Positions 52,506-62,856 of a stretch of DNA of 64,000 nucleotides are shown piece after piece (position 1 is the first letter of the stretch; every line of letters begins with the position of its first letter). Where the stretch lies: NCBI GenBank assembly GCA_963828525.1, contig CAWHEP010000014.1:64001-128000 (forward strand). Reading direction: 5' to 3'. Position numbers and translations under genes: made by a program. Origin of the DNA: an uncultured Verrucomicrobiae bacterium. GTDB taxonomy: Bacteria > Verrucomicrobiota > Verrucomicrobiia > Chthoniobacterales > Chthoniobacteraceae. A model generated the notes under the pieces. It did not search any database and was not told where the DNA came from. It saw nothing but the letters and a program-made list of their open reading frames with translations.

Positions 52506-53909
52506 GTGCCCAGCCCCCTGAAAGAGGTTCTGACTCTACTGCTGCCGCCCATCCTGACGGCGTCGTGCTTCCTCATCCACCCGCGATGTTTTGGTGAAGG
52601 CGAAAGCGATCCCGATCTCCGCCTGCAATTGCTGCGGGCAAAGGGCGAAGCGGTGGAGAACGCGGAGGCCTGGCACTCGGTGGCCGAACTCAGCCGCAGG
52701 ATCCTGTTTGACGCGCCCCGGGACGCGGGGATCTGGGAGGAATTGGCGCGAGCGCAACTCAAGGTGGGGGACACCGAACGTTGCGAAAGGACTCTCGTTT
52801 CATGGGAAGAATCGGCGCCGCCGCTGCCCGCCGCCGCCAGCGATATAGAGGGCGACATCGCCTTTGCCCGTGACGACTACGCGTCCGCCACGAAAGCATG
52901 GACTCTCTATTTGCAGTCCAAACCCGACGCCACGGCGACTCTCTCCAAACTGGCTTGGGCATATGAAATCCGGGGTGATTGGAAGGATGCAATCTCCACC
53001 CTGCAAAAGAAAATCGCGACAGGCGACTCTGCCGGCTCCCGCGTCTGGCTGGCCCGGTGCTTCCTGCGAATCCGCGCCTGGGATGACGCGTACGCGCAGA
53101 TGGACGCCGCAAACAAGCTCGACGCGTCGGATGAAGCGGTGAAGGCGTGGCTTCCGCGGTTCGAACTTCTCTCCCGGCATCTCCCGGCGATAAAAGCGCT
53201 TCCGACCCCCAGCGGGTCGGCAAGCGTCAAGATGCTTCTTGATCGCGCTTTGCTCTTCGCGGAGGCGAATCAAAACGATCTTTCTCTCGAAGATGACGCA
53301 AAGGCGCTTCACCTGGCACCGGCCTCGCGCCGCGCTCTGTTGCAAAAAGGCTACGCTATCATTGCGATGGGCAGGCCAGACGAGGCGGCCGCGCTGAACA
53401 TGAACGTCATCGCATCCGTCGATGTGGCGACCCGCGAGAGGCTGCTCCGCGAGATTGGCGACATCGACAAGAAGATCGCTTCGAAGCCAGAGAGCGCGGA
53501 TCTGGTGGACCGCGCCTGGCGATGCAATGAACTGCTCCAGTACGCCCTTGCGCTTGATGACACCCGCGACGCTCGCAAGCGCGCGCCAGCCGGGGCCCCG
53601 ACCGCGCGTCTGTTGCTCGAGGAAGGCTTTGCCCTGGAGAAGATGGGACACGGCGGGGACGCGATGAAGATATATTCCGACGCCACGGTGACCGATCCCA
53701 AGAACGCGACCGCCTGGCGCTATCGCGGCGAAGCGGAACTGCGCCGGGCGAACTACGGGCCGGCGATCGATTTCCTCTCACGCTCGCTTGCCATCCGCGA
53801 AGCCGCGCCTGTCCTGCTTGAACGAGCCAAATGCTACCGCGCGACAGGCCGGCGCGCGGAAGCGAAATGGGATTTTAACCGCTATCAGGATCTGCTGCCG
53901 AAGCGATGA
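52506..53909 (+). CDS. Tetratricopeptide-repeat protein, probably exported
   Basis: Helical TPR-like units (APRDAGIWEELARAQ, DPKNATAWRYRGEA); ATGA overlap with the A2M gene. Confidence 0.75.
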   Translation: MPSPLKEVLTLLLPPILTASCFLIHPRCFGEGESDPDLRLQLLRAKGEAVENAEAWHSVAELSRRILFDAPRDAGIWEELARAQLKVGDTERCERTLVSWEESAPPLPAAASDIEGDIAFARDDYASATKAWTLYLQSKPDATATLSKLAWAYEIRGDWKDAISTLQKKIATGDSAGSRVWLARCFLRIRAWDDAYAQMDAANKLDASDEAVKAWLPRFELLSRHLPAIKALPTPSGSASVKMLLDRALLFAEANQNDLSLEDDAKALHLAPASRRALLQKGYAIIAMGRPDEAAALNMNVIASVDVATRERLLREIGDIDKKIASKPESADLVDRAWRCNELLQYALALDDTRDARKRAPAGAPTARLLLEEGFALEKMGHGGDAMKIYSDATVTDPKNATAWRYRGEAELRRANYGPAIDFLSRSLAIREAAPVLLERAKCYRATGRRAEAKWDFNRYQDLLPKR

Positions 53910-56900
53910 GATTCCTGCCGATTGTCGCATTCCTCGCAGGCTTCTCGATCTCTGCCGCTTCGGCTTCCAGTGTTGACGCAGGCGGCATTGTTTTGGAGCC
54001 CGCCCCGGGCAGGCTGGAGGTCTCTCAAGCCATTACAATCACGTTCCCTTCGGCCATCGTCGCGCCGGACGTTATTGACTCCGAAAACGCCCCGCCTCCT
54101 TTCCTGATCGAGCCTCACCTTCCAGGAACGTACCGTTGGAAAAGCCAGACGGAGTGCGTCTTTACAGTCGGCGATTCTGTGCGGCCCGGCGCCACGTACC
54201 GCTTCTCGCTTCCTCCAAACCTGAAGGATCTTTCTGGCAAGGCGCTGGACGCGAATTGGGGCGCGGAATTCACGACGGATCCGTTCAAAATCTCAGCGCC
54301 CGATGGTGGCGCCGGCTCGAATCTAAACTCGCGCCCGCAGGTACATCTTGAGTCGAACTACAAAGTCAGCTTTGCGGAGGCCGCTCAGCACATATACTTC
54401 CAGGATCGAGACATCTTCACGCGCTACGCGGTGGACGTCTTGAAACCGCGCGGAGATGAAGATCCGGAGATCAACGGAACGGAATTCTCTGTGACTCCCC
54501 GGCAGGAGCTTCCTCCCGGCCGTGCTTTTGATCTGGTAATCGACGGCCTGCTCGACCTTGCGACTCGCTGTCCCCTTTCGCATCTCGAAGCCTTTGCAGT
54601 GGGAACCACCCAGCCTCTCGCTCTCAAGTGGGTGGGCGCTTTCAACAACCCGTTGGAGACTCCCGTCATCCGCGCGTGCTTCAACGACAGCATTGAAGCC
54701 TCAACTGTCTTGGCGTCGAGCTTTAGCATCACGCCCGAGGTGCCTCACCTCAAGATCGTCGCCTCCGGGGATCAGATTACCGCTGAAGGGGATTTTGACA
54801 TTGCCCAACATTACAAGGTCACGGTGGATACAGGCATCAAAGGCGAGAGAGGATACAGCTTCCCTCAGCCGGAGAGATGGGGAGCGACCTTCCCTAAAAA
54901 GAAGTCCACCGTTATTTTCCCAGGTTCCGAGCAGATACTCCAGCGTTCAAAGCGGGGCCTCAAGTTCGCCTTCTATCAAGTGAATACGGATTTGCTGGAG
55001 TGGAGCATCGCGCCAATCCCGGTGGAACAACTGGCCGCGGTCGAGGCGCGCATCCGTGAGTTCGACACGCCGGAGGTGAATCCTCTCACCGGGAAGTCGG
55101 TCCACGATCCGAGGACGGGCTTCGATAAATTGAAGCAGACCGAGCTGCTCATGAAGGCGTTCGATTTGAAGGCCGCTGCCACCGGCAGGTTCGCAGGCTC
55201 GACAAATGACGGTCAGGTTTTGCGGAATCTCGAATGGTACCCAACCGATCTGCAGCCGCTCAGCGGTCCTTATTTGATCGAAGTTTATGGATATGGGTCC
55301 GACGGCCATTTCGTCGGCAATCACGCGATCGTGTCCTTTAGCGACGCGATGATGACTCAAAAGCGGAGCGCCACGCGCATGACCGTGCGGCTGTCGAAGA
55401 TGTCCGATGGCCTGCCTCTGGCCGGAAGCGCTGTGCGGGTATTCACGCCGGAGAACTTCGATCTGGCCGAAAGTGTCACAGACAAGGACGGAATCGCTTC
55501 CTTCGCGCTGGAGCGTCTGTTCCCGAAGAAGGGGTCGCAGGCTCACCTGTATGTGGCTGAAACCCCAGATGGACCCGCCTTCCAATTTTTGGACGCCACG
55601 GCCTATGCGTCGGGTCATCCAGATCCCGCCGCGGACGCGCCCGCGTTGCGTTCCTTTGTCCTTTTGGATCGGAATCTCTATCGACCCGGCCAGACTGTAA
55701 AGATGCATGGCTTTGTCCGGCGGCAGGCAGGCGCGCGGCTTTATGTCCCTACCACGGATGCCATCCAGTGGTGGATTTCACCAGAAGGCGGCGACAGCCA
55801 CGCTGCGGAGGGGTCGGCTCCGCTTGTAGATGGGGCTTGGGATGCCGATTGGGTGCTCCCTCCCAAGGCGGCATTGGGGGAATATGTCATCCACTGCAAG
55901 GCGCAGGATCTCGCTGCCGAGGAACCCCTGCATTTCAAAGTAGAGGAATATCGCGTTCCGCTCTTCTCAGTCACCGCCGAGCCGCTGAAGGAGCCTGGAA
56001 CATGGTCCCGCGTAAAAATTTCCTCAGCGTATTTCCATGGGGCTCCGAACGCGGGAGCCAGGGTTCATTGGAAGGCATCCTGGAGAATCCTCGGGGTGCA
56101 GACGGAGAGTGGCGCTCGCCGGGACGACGAGTTCTCCGAAAGGAGCCCGCATTCCGCTGACGCGGAGTCCTCCAATGAGGGCGACGCGGTGTTGGACTCA
56201 AACGGCGCCGCGATCCTCCGCTCCGCCGCGCCTTTTTCGGACGCTGCGGCATCCGGGCGCTTTGATGTGTCCTGGCGGGTGGACATCACCTCGGAAGAAG
56301 GCCAGACGGTTACTGGCGGAACTCAGGTGACCGTGCAGTCCGTATCTGAGCTTCCGGGTGTCAAGTGCTCCGTCCAATACCCGGAACGCGCCGTGAAGGT
56401 GACGCTGGACGCGGTCGATGTCGATGACCAGCCTCCAGGAGACATCGTCGCGCGGAAGGATATCTATGATGTCCTTTCCAAGGAGGCGCCAAGCCCCGTC
56501 AACTCCTCACCCGGCGTGGAGAAAAGACCCGGCCAAGGCCAGTCGGGTGCAAAGGATATTTCGGTGAAGGTTGACCTCTATCACGTCGTATTCAAGACCG
56601 TGCGAGAGCAGATGGCGCCGTTCGTCTATCGCTACCGTAATACAAAGCAGTTCGAAAAGGTCGGTTCACGGACGGAGCGCACTCCGGGTGAGGTCATTTT
56701 TCCGGTCAAAGACACGGGCGATTACGTCGCGACAGTCACCGGAAACGAGACCAGGACGCCCATCGTGAGCGATGAGACATTCGTCTCCGGCGAGGAATAC
56801 GCGGAGCTTCCCGTTGAGAACCAGGACTCGTTTGCGCTGACTCCCTTGGACAAGAAGCCGTTCTACAGGCCGGGTGACATCGCCGTCTTCTCGGTTCGCG

Positions 56901-59542
56901 CGCCTTTTGCCGGCGTTGCATGGGTCTCCATCGAGGCCGGCGAAATACTGGATACCTTGCTCGTCCGCCTGGATGGGAATTCCGGGCGCGTCGAGATTCC
57001 CATAAAGAGGGATTACGCCCCCAATGCGTGGGTGTCGGTCTATCTCGTAAGACCCGGCGGCGACAGGGACTTGCCCATGGAGCGGTTTGCGACAGTGCCA
57101 ATCAAGGTGAAACCGCCGGAGTTGGAGTTGGCCCTGGAGTCCCGCCTGTCAGCGGAGAGCATCGAACCTGGAGGCATTGTTCAAGGTGAGGTGAGCGTCA
57201 CCTGCGAGGAGAAGCCTGTTGCCGGCGCGGATCTCACGGTTTTCGCGGTGGATGATGCTGTGCTCAAACTCGGGGATTGGCAGCTCCCCGATATCGTTTC
57301 GTTGTTCTATCCCGAGCGGGCGTTTGGGGTGCGCACCTTCAACGCTCTCGACCATTACGTGGATTCCATCAAGCGGGACGACCTTACCGAAAAAGGATTT
57401 GTCATTGGCGATGGGGGGGAAGAGCAGTTCGGCAACGTCAGCCTGGTTCGCAAAGAGTTCCAGACTCTGGCGTTCTGGAAATCTGGATTAAAATCCGACG
57501 CGTCGGGCAAGGCGCGGTTCGAGTTCAAGGCGCCCGATAACCTGACCAGCTACCGCGTTGTGGCCGTCGCGGAAACGGCAGACAGCCAGTTTGGAGGAAC
57601 GGCGGCGCGGGAAGTAAAAGTTTCCAAACGGCTGATCGTGGAGCCTGCATTGCCGCGGTTCGCCCGGCAGGGGGACGATTTTGAACTGCGGGCTGTTGTC
57701 CGGCAAAGCTACAACGACTCGGATGAGATCGTAGTCCGTTGCGTAACGGATGCCGGCTTCGAAATTCTCCCGGAAAACGGGCCGCCGGAAGCAACACAGT
57801 CGGCGGGACGCGGTGTTCCCGTGGTGTTTCGGTTCCCGGTCAAGGCGGGTGTCCCCGGTTCCGGGAAGGTGCGTTTTGAAGCCGTCTCGCGCATCGATTC
57901 GGGCATGGTGGACAGCGTGGAGATCACGCTCCCCATCCAGCCCGCCACCGCGCCGCAGCGGGAGAACATGGCAGGCCGGTTCGATGGCCCTTCATTCGAC
58001 TCACGTACTACCGTGCTCGACGCGTTGAAACAGCCACTTTCCTTTCTGATGCTTGGCGGCTGGCTGGGCGCTCGCGGACATTATGATGTCACTCTTTCTA
58101 CGGCTCAGTGGCTGCCGAAGATTCTGGGGCTCCCGCTGATTCTTGATTATCCTCATGGCTGTTTCGACCAGATTTCCAGCCGGCTGTTAAGCTATTCGCT
58201 GCTTACGCGGCAACTCGCCTATTTTCCCCTGCCGAACGGACGTGACGCCCGCTACAGGCAAGTCATCGCCGAAGGATTGAAGCAATGCGACGATTCCCTG
58301 CTGCCCAGCGGGATGCTTCCCTATTGGCCCGGCGAACAGAACGTAAGTGTCTTTTGCACCATTGAAGCGTGCTGGGCGTTGGATGCTGCCGCGAAGGCCG
58401 GGATCGAGGTTCCGGCAAGACTTGAGGAAGCTCTTCCCGCCGCGTTGCGCAAAGTTGCCCTCGCGCAGTATAAGTCTTCTCCGTTCCTGCGCGCGTTTGC
58501 GCTGATGGTTCTATCGGAACGGGGAGCCAGTCGCGACCTTGTTGAAGCGGCAAGGGCCGTTTATCTCGATCGCGCGAGGATGAACGATGAAGGCCGCGCG
58601 CTGCTCGCTCTCGCGCTGCACGGCATGCAAGCCCTGCAGGATGAGAAACTGCAACTGCTCAGGGAAATCCGATGGCCCGTGCCTGAAGCGGCCTTCGATC
58701 CCGACATCCTCGGTTCCACCCAACGGGCAGAGGCGATCGAAACGCTGGCTTTCAACAGGATTGCTCCTCCTGAATGGGAAGGCGCGAGGCAAGCCGCGGC
58801 AAAGCAGGGGATCCTGGCGCTTATGGATTCCTCGTCCTCGCTCTCGACTCAGGAGAACCTTTGGCTGCTTCTCGCGTTCGCCTCGTTCCAGGATGTTGCC
58901 CCCTGTCCCAGACTGCGGGCGGACGAGAACGATTTGCGGCGGGCCGCTGTGTCTTCAAACGGAGCGTCCGCTGCATGGACCAACATCCCTCTTCCTTCGG
59001 CATCCGAATTTACGGTCGCCGGGCTGAATGGCGATAAGCCGATGAGTTACCTGATCTCGGCAGAATACTGGAACGATAATGTGGACACAGCCCGTTTTGA
59101 TCGGGGGTTCGCCATCGAAAGGGTTATCCACAACCTTACGGCGCCGGGCCGGACAGGGTCCAACGAATCGCCGTTGCGGCTGGGGGATCAGATATTGGTT
59201 ACGTACCGTCTTCACTCACGAAAGGCCCAGGACTTTGTCGCGCTGGAGGACCTGACTCCCGCCTGTCTGGAAACCATCAATCCAGACCTTCCCGCTGTCG
59301 GCAAGTTTTTCGAACTCCCCACTGATGAACAGGCGCTGAATCTTTCCCACTCCGATCTGCGAGACCAATCCACCTGTCTCTACTTCGACCATCTGTCCGG
59401 CGGCGCAGGTTCTTATTCCGTGCTGGCCCGCGCTACCGCCGCGGGAAGCTTCCAATGGCCCGCGACCCAGATCGCGCCCATGTACGACGCTCGTTTTTCC
59501 GGCGCGTCTCCCTCATCGCGGTTAATTGTCACGGGGGACTAA
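53906..59542 (+). CDS. Bacterial alpha-2-macroglobulin family protein
   Basis: DRNLYRPGQTV, FKVEEYRVP, AVDDAVL, APDNLTSYRV, LPRFARQGD, thioester-site YPHGCFDQ, PMYD. Followed by a pbpC-like gene. Confidence 0.9.
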   Translation: MRFLPIVAFLAGFSISAASASSVDAGGIVLEPAPGRLEVSQAITITFPSAIVAPDVIDSENAPPPFLIEPHLPGTYRWKSQTECVFTVGDSVRPGATYRFSLPPNLKDLSGKALDANWGAEFTTDPFKISAPDGGAGSNLNSRPQVHLESNYKVSFAEAAQHIYFQDRDIFTRYAVDVLKPRGDEDPEINGTEFSVTPRQELPPGRAFDLVIDGLLDLATRCPLSHLEAFAVGTTQPLALKWVGAFNNPLETPVIRACFNDSIEASTVLASSFSITPEVPHLKIVASGDQITAEGDFDIAQHYKVTVDTGIKGERGYSFPQPERWGATFPKKKSTVIFPGSEQILQRSKRGLKFAFYQVNTDLLEWSIAPIPVEQLAAVEARIREFDTPEVNPLTGKSVHDPRTGFDKLKQTELLMKAFDLKAAATGRFAGSTNDGQVLRNLEWYPTDLQPLSGPYLIEVYGYGSDGHFVGNHAIVSFSDAMMTQKRSATRMTVRLSKMSDGLPLAGSAVRVFTPENFDLAESVTDKDGIASFALERLFPKKGSQAHLYVAETPDGPAFQFLDATAYASGHPDPAADAPALRSFVLLDRNLYRPGQTVKMHGFVRRQAGARLYVPTTDAIQWWISPEGGDSHAAEGSAPLVDGAWDADWVLPPKAALGEYVIHCKAQDLAAEEPLHFKVEEYRVPLFSVTAEPLKEPGTWSRVKISSAYFHGAPNAGARVHWKASWRILGVQTESGARRDDEFSERSPHSADAESSNEGDAVLDSNGAAILRSAAPFSDAAASGRFDVSWRVDITSEEGQTVTGGTQVTVQSVSELPGVKCSVQYPERAVKVTLDAVDVDDQPPGDIVARKDIYDVLSKEAPSPVNSSPGVEKRPGQGQSGAKDISVKVDLYHVVFKTVREQMAPFVYRYRNTKQFEKVGSRTERTPGEVIFPVKDTGDYVATVTGNETRTPIVSDETFVSGEEYAELPVENQDSFALTPLDKKPFYRPGDIAVFSVRAPFAGVAWVSIEAGEILDTLLVRLDGNSGRVEIPIKRDYAPNAWVSVYLVRPGGDRDLPMERFATVPIKVKPPELELALESRLSAESIEPGGIVQGEVSVTCEEKPVAGADLTVFAVDDAVLKLGDWQLPDIVSLFYPERAFGVRTFNALDHYVDSIKRDDLTEKGFVIGDGGEEQFGNVSLVRKEFQTLAFWKSGLKSDASGKARFEFKAPDNLTSYRVVAVAETADSQFGGTAAREVKVSKRLIVEPALPRFARQGDDFELRAVVRQSYNDSDEIVVRCVTDAGFEILPENGPPEATQSAGRGVPVVFRFPVKAGVPGSGKVRFEAVSRIDSGMVDSVEITLPIQPATAPQRENMAGRFDGPSFDSRTTVLDALKQPLSFLMLGGWLGARGHYDVTLSTAQWLPKILGLPLILDYPHGCFDQISSRLLSYSLLTRQLAYFPLPNGRDARYRQVIAEGLKQCDDSLLPSGMLPYWPGEQNVSVFCTIEACWALDAAAKAGIEVPARLEEALPAALRKVALAQYKSSPFLRAFALMVLSERGASRDLVEAARAVYLDRARMNDEGRALLALALHGMQALQDEKLQLLREIRWPVPEAAFDPDILGSTQRAEAIETLAFNRIAPPEWEGARQAAAKQGILALMDSSSSLSTQENLWLLLAFASFQDVAPCPRLRADENDLRRAAVSSNGASAAWTNIPLPSASEFTVAGLNGDKPMSYLISAEYWNDNVDTARFDRGFAIERVIHNLTAPGRTGSNESPLRLGDQILVTYRLHSRKAQDFVALEDLTPACLETINPDLPAVGKFFELPTDEQALNLSHSDLRDQSTCLYFDHLSGGAGSYSVLARATAAGSFQWPATQIAPMYDARFSGASPSSRLIVTGD

Positions 59543-59546
59543 GGGG

Positions 59547-61769
59547 ATGAATCTGTCGAGACGCCTGGTTATCGCGCTTCTCAAACTCGTTGTCGTTTTC
59601 CTACTTCTTGGGCTTTGCGTTTGGGGACTTGCGCTCGCGCTTCCCATTCCTCACTCATTGAGCGAACCGCCGCCCGCCACGCTCACCCTTCTGGATTGCC
59701 ACGGTCTCACAATCGCGCAGTTCTCCTCGGGCAACGCCCGGGTAAGTGATCCCATTCCTCTCGCGCGGATGGGGACTTTGTTACCACGGCTCACCGTCGC
59801 CCTTGAGGATCATCGCTTTGCCTCGCATTGCGGGATTGATTTTCGGGGCGCGGCCTCCGCGCTCCTCGGCGACTTGCGGTCGGGAAGGATCGTAGCGGGC
59901 GGATCGACGATAACCCAGCAGCTTGTCAAGATGGCGGAAGGCCGGTCGGAAAGATCATGGTCTGCCAAAATTCGCGAATCTCTGCTGGCGCTGAAATTGG
60001 AACACGTCTTCAGCAAGAATCACATTCTGGAGGAGTACCTGAATCGCGCGGACTACGGGAACAGGCGTCTTGGGGTCGAGGCAGCGGCGCAAGCCTACTT
60101 CGGCAAGCCGGCGAGCGAGCTTGACCTCGCCGAAGCCATATACCTGGCCGGCTTGCCTCAATCGCCTTCCCGCTTCAATCCATGGCGATCCCCGGGCCGC
60201 GCTTTTCGCAGGTACCAGCGCTCGCTCGCGCGCCTGGAAGCTTTGCGGATCCTTACGGCGGAGGAGAGGCAGGGATTGGCCGCTTCTCCACCCGTCGTTG
60301 CGAGGTTCGAACCGGTAAACCTGGCGCCTCACTTCGCGGACGCGGCGCGGGCGGCCTGGCCCGCGCTTTCGGGTCGCGCCCGCACCACTCTTGATCTGGA
60401 ACTTCAAGCCGCGGTGACCGTCATGCTGCGAGATCATCTCCGATCGCTCGGACGCTTCGATGTGACGGACGCCGCAGTCGTTGTGATCGATAACGCAACA
60501 GGAGGCGTCCGCGCCATGGTTGGTTCTCCGAACTACGCTGCGATACAGGTGAACGGAGCGCTTTCTCCACGAAGCTGCGGTTCCACGTTGAAACCCTTCA
60601 TCTATCTTGCCGCCATCGACCGCAGGATTCTTACAGCCGCGACGATCCTGCCGGACACGCCCGAGGCCATTCCGGATACTTACCGGGATTACGACCCCAA
60701 AGACTACGATCATCATTTTCTGGGACCGGTGCGCGCGCGGGAGGCACTGGGTAATTCGCTCAATGTGCCAGCGGTCGCCGCTCTGTCCATGCTCGGAGCG
60801 CGGCGGGCATTCGACGATCTCGCGGGTTGGGGATTCGAATTCTCGCGCGGGCTGGATGAGTACGGCGCGGGCTTCATCCTCGGCAACGCGGAGGTTCGTC
60901 TGGTTGATCTGGCGGGGGCCTACTCGGGTCTTGCGCGCGGCGGACTCGCCATGCGACCCACGTTCCTGGCTGCAACACACAATCCCATGAAGCGGGTTGC
61001 CTCGCCTGAAGCCGTTGAAATCATTGACGACATTCTCTGCGATGATGCGGCGCGCGAGAAGACATTTGGCCCAAACTCACCGCTGTCGCTTGGTTTCCGC
61101 GTTGCGGTGAAGACCGGCACAAGCAGTGGTTTTCGCGATGGGTGGGCTGTGGGGTGCAACCGCGACCATACGGTTGCTGTGTGGGCTGGAAACCCCGATG
61201 GCAGGCCAATGAATGAACTCCTTTCTGTGCGCTCTGCGGCGCCCCTTTGGGCTTCAGTCATGCGCCGTCTCATGGTTGCTGATCGCCCGCTTCCCTTGCC
61301 GCGAGAGAGCGATCGACTAGTACGGCAGGACGTTTCAAGCGTCACGGGGATGCGGCCCTTAGGGAACGAACGCGCCGTTTCCGAGCTATTTCTTCAAGGC
61401 ACTGCCCCTGTCCAGTTTGCAGGCGCGTCTGTGAACCGAAGGCTGACCCTGCCTCCGGAGTATGAGCAATGGTGCCGCAGCCCCGCAAATTGGCTGGGAG
61501 CGGTCGCGAGCGCGGGCCCTCTGTCGATCCGCAGTCCGAAACCCGAAGCGGTGTTCAAGATCGACGCAGCTATTCCTGCCTCTCAGCAGATGCTTGAGTT
61601 TGTTGCCGACGGCGATCCGGCCACGCCAGTGCGGTGGTCGGTGAATGGACGCGGCATCGCGCCCGGGCGGGATGGCAAAGTCCTTTGGCAGATCGCCGCC
61701 GGTCGCTGGCACGTCAAAGCGGTTGCCGGCAGCGAGGAAGTGTCTTCAACGATCAGCGTTGAGGAGTGA
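59547..61769 (+). CDS. pbpC: Penicillin-binding protein 1C
   Basis: EDHRF, GGSTITQQL, GSTLKPF (SxxK), SLN, KTG; located downstream of A2M. Confidence 0.88.
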   Translation: MNLSRRLVIALLKLVVVFLLLGLCVWGLALALPIPHSLSEPPPATLTLLDCHGLTIAQFSSGNARVSDPIPLARMGTLLPRLTVALEDHRFASHCGIDFRGAASALLGDLRSGRIVAGGSTITQQLVKMAEGRSERSWSAKIRESLLALKLEHVFSKNHILEEYLNRADYGNRRLGVEAAAQAYFGKPASELDLAEAIYLAGLPQSPSRFNPWRSPGRAFRRYQRSLARLEALRILTAEERQGLAASPPVVARFEPVNLAPHFADAARAAWPALSGRARTTLDLELQAAVTVMLRDHLRSLGRFDVTDAAVVVIDNATGGVRAMVGSPNYAAIQVNGALSPRSCGSTLKPFIYLAAIDRRILTAATILPDTPEAIPDTYRDYDPKDYDHHFLGPVRAREALGNSLNVPAVAALSMLGARRAFDDLAGWGFEFSRGLDEYGAGFILGNAEVRLVDLAGAYSGLARGGLAMRPTFLAATHNPMKRVASPEAVEIIDDILCDDAAREKTFGPNSPLSLGFRVAVKTGTSSGFRDGWAVGCNRDHTVAVWAGNPDGRPMNELLSVRSAAPLWASVMRRLMVADRPLPLPRESDRLVRQDVSSVTGMRPLGNERAVSELFLQGTAPVQFAGASVNRRLTLPPEYEQWCRSPANWLGAVASAGPLSIRSPKPEAVFKIDAAIPASQQMLEFVADGDPATPVRWSVNGRGIAPGRDGKVLWQIAAGRWHVKAVAGSEEVSSTISVEE

Positions 61770-62160
61770 TCAAGCTGCCACTACCGCAGGCAACGCGGCC
61801 TGTCTGCAAAGTTTCACCGCGACGAATTCCGTGTCTGGGATGATGTACCTTGCGTACCTCGACAGTCACTTTTGAAATGGGGAAACGCTGCAGCACCTCT
61901 GCTGCCAGATCTTCCGCCAGCGTTTCAATCAGGTTTCGCTGACACGCTTTCGCTTCCGCCTTGAGGGCATCGCATACCGCCGCGTAGTCTACTGTATTCT
62001 CAAGCCGGTCAGCAATCGCCGCGAATCCCGTTCCGAGTCCCAAGGCGACTGAAACGGTCAGATGCTGGGGTTCCGCTCGCTCTTCCTCGGTCACCCCCAC
62101 TCGGGCGAGGACGGCCAGATTTTGGATGATGATGCTATCGCCATGGATATCCGCGCTCAT
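61770..62160 (-). CDS. folB: Dihydroneopterin aldolase; apparent +1 frameshift at about 61848-61849
   Basis: VGVTEEER, DRLENTVDY, NLIETLAE, VEVRK. The corrected tail KYIIPDTEFVAVKL ends at 61770, abutting the pbpC stop. Confidence 0.85.
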
Positions 62161-62163
62161 AAT

Positions 62164-62526
62164 TCAACCTCCTACGCTAAATCGCACGTCACGGACCATC
62201 TTGCTTCCAAATCTTTCCTTTAGAAGCGTTAACACCTGGCGCTTCCAATGGCGATCCAATTCGAAGTGCACCGAGGGCTGAAGAACTTGAACATAGAGGA
62301 CGCCATCGCGCAGGCGGCTTGGAGAGGAGTGGCTCGCAAGGAAGTCTCCCACCAACTCTTTCCACACGCCGAGGATCTGCGCCTGGTGCAGCCGATCCTG
62401 GAGACCCAGCCGCGCCATTACTTCCTCCATGGCGTCGACGATCGCTTTCCCGCGCTCCGGTGGTACGCTTTTTTCGGGAAGGCCGCGCCATTCGCTGTAA
62501 ACTTTGTTACGCAACCGGCTTTCCAT
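62164..62526 (-). CDS. DUF721 / DciA-family protein
   Basis: LGLQDRL...WKELVG..LASHSSP..LRDGVLYVQV...V..VRF pattern. Confidence 0.78.
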   Translation of the reverse strand: MESRLRNKVYSEWRGLPEKSVPPERGKAIVDAMEEVMARLGLQDRLHQAQILGVWKELVGDFLASHSSPSRLRDGVLYVQVLQPSVHFELDRHWKRQVLTLLKERFGSKMVRDVRFSVGG

Positions 62527-62566
62527 GATCCGCTCAGTCCTTATTGGACCTGCAAGGAATTCCCGC

Positions 62567-62800
62567 CTACGCTCCGTCTGAACCAATCGCCTCTACAGGA
62601 CAGCCTTCCATGGCTTCCTTGCAAAGGTTCTCCTCGTCACTCGATTCAGGCTGCTTGAAGACATAGGAGTGCCCTCCGTCATCGTTACGTGTGAAGTTGG
62701 CGGGAGCAGTCTCGCGGCACAGATCGCAATCGATGCATTGATCGTCAACGTAGAATTTTCCTTCGATATTCTCCGGATATTTATTTACTGCGTCTGCCAT
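62567..62800 (-). CDS. Ferredoxin (single 4Fe-4S cluster type)
   Basis: YVDDQCIDCDLC...CPVEAIG. Confidence 0.9.
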   Translation of the reverse strand: MADAVNKYPENIEGKFYVDDQCIDCDLCRETAPANFTRNDDGGHSYVFKQPESSDEENLCKEAMEGCPVEAIGSDGA

Positions 62801-62828
62801 AATCGGTGTTTTTGCCTGAATTCGCCCC

Positions 62829-62856
62829 AAAATAGGGGCTGACCTCTGTAATGCAA
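62829..62856 (-). promoter_or_regulatory. Putative sigma70 promoter for ferredoxin-dciA-folB
   Basis: Minus strand TTGCAT, 16-bp spacer, TATTTT, with an A-tract upstream. The -10 box sits in the loop of a GCCCC/GGGGC inverted repeat. Confidence 0.4.

Noticed and set aside
59955..60980. 341-aa minus-strand ORF
   Set aside because: Antisense shadow of pbpC.
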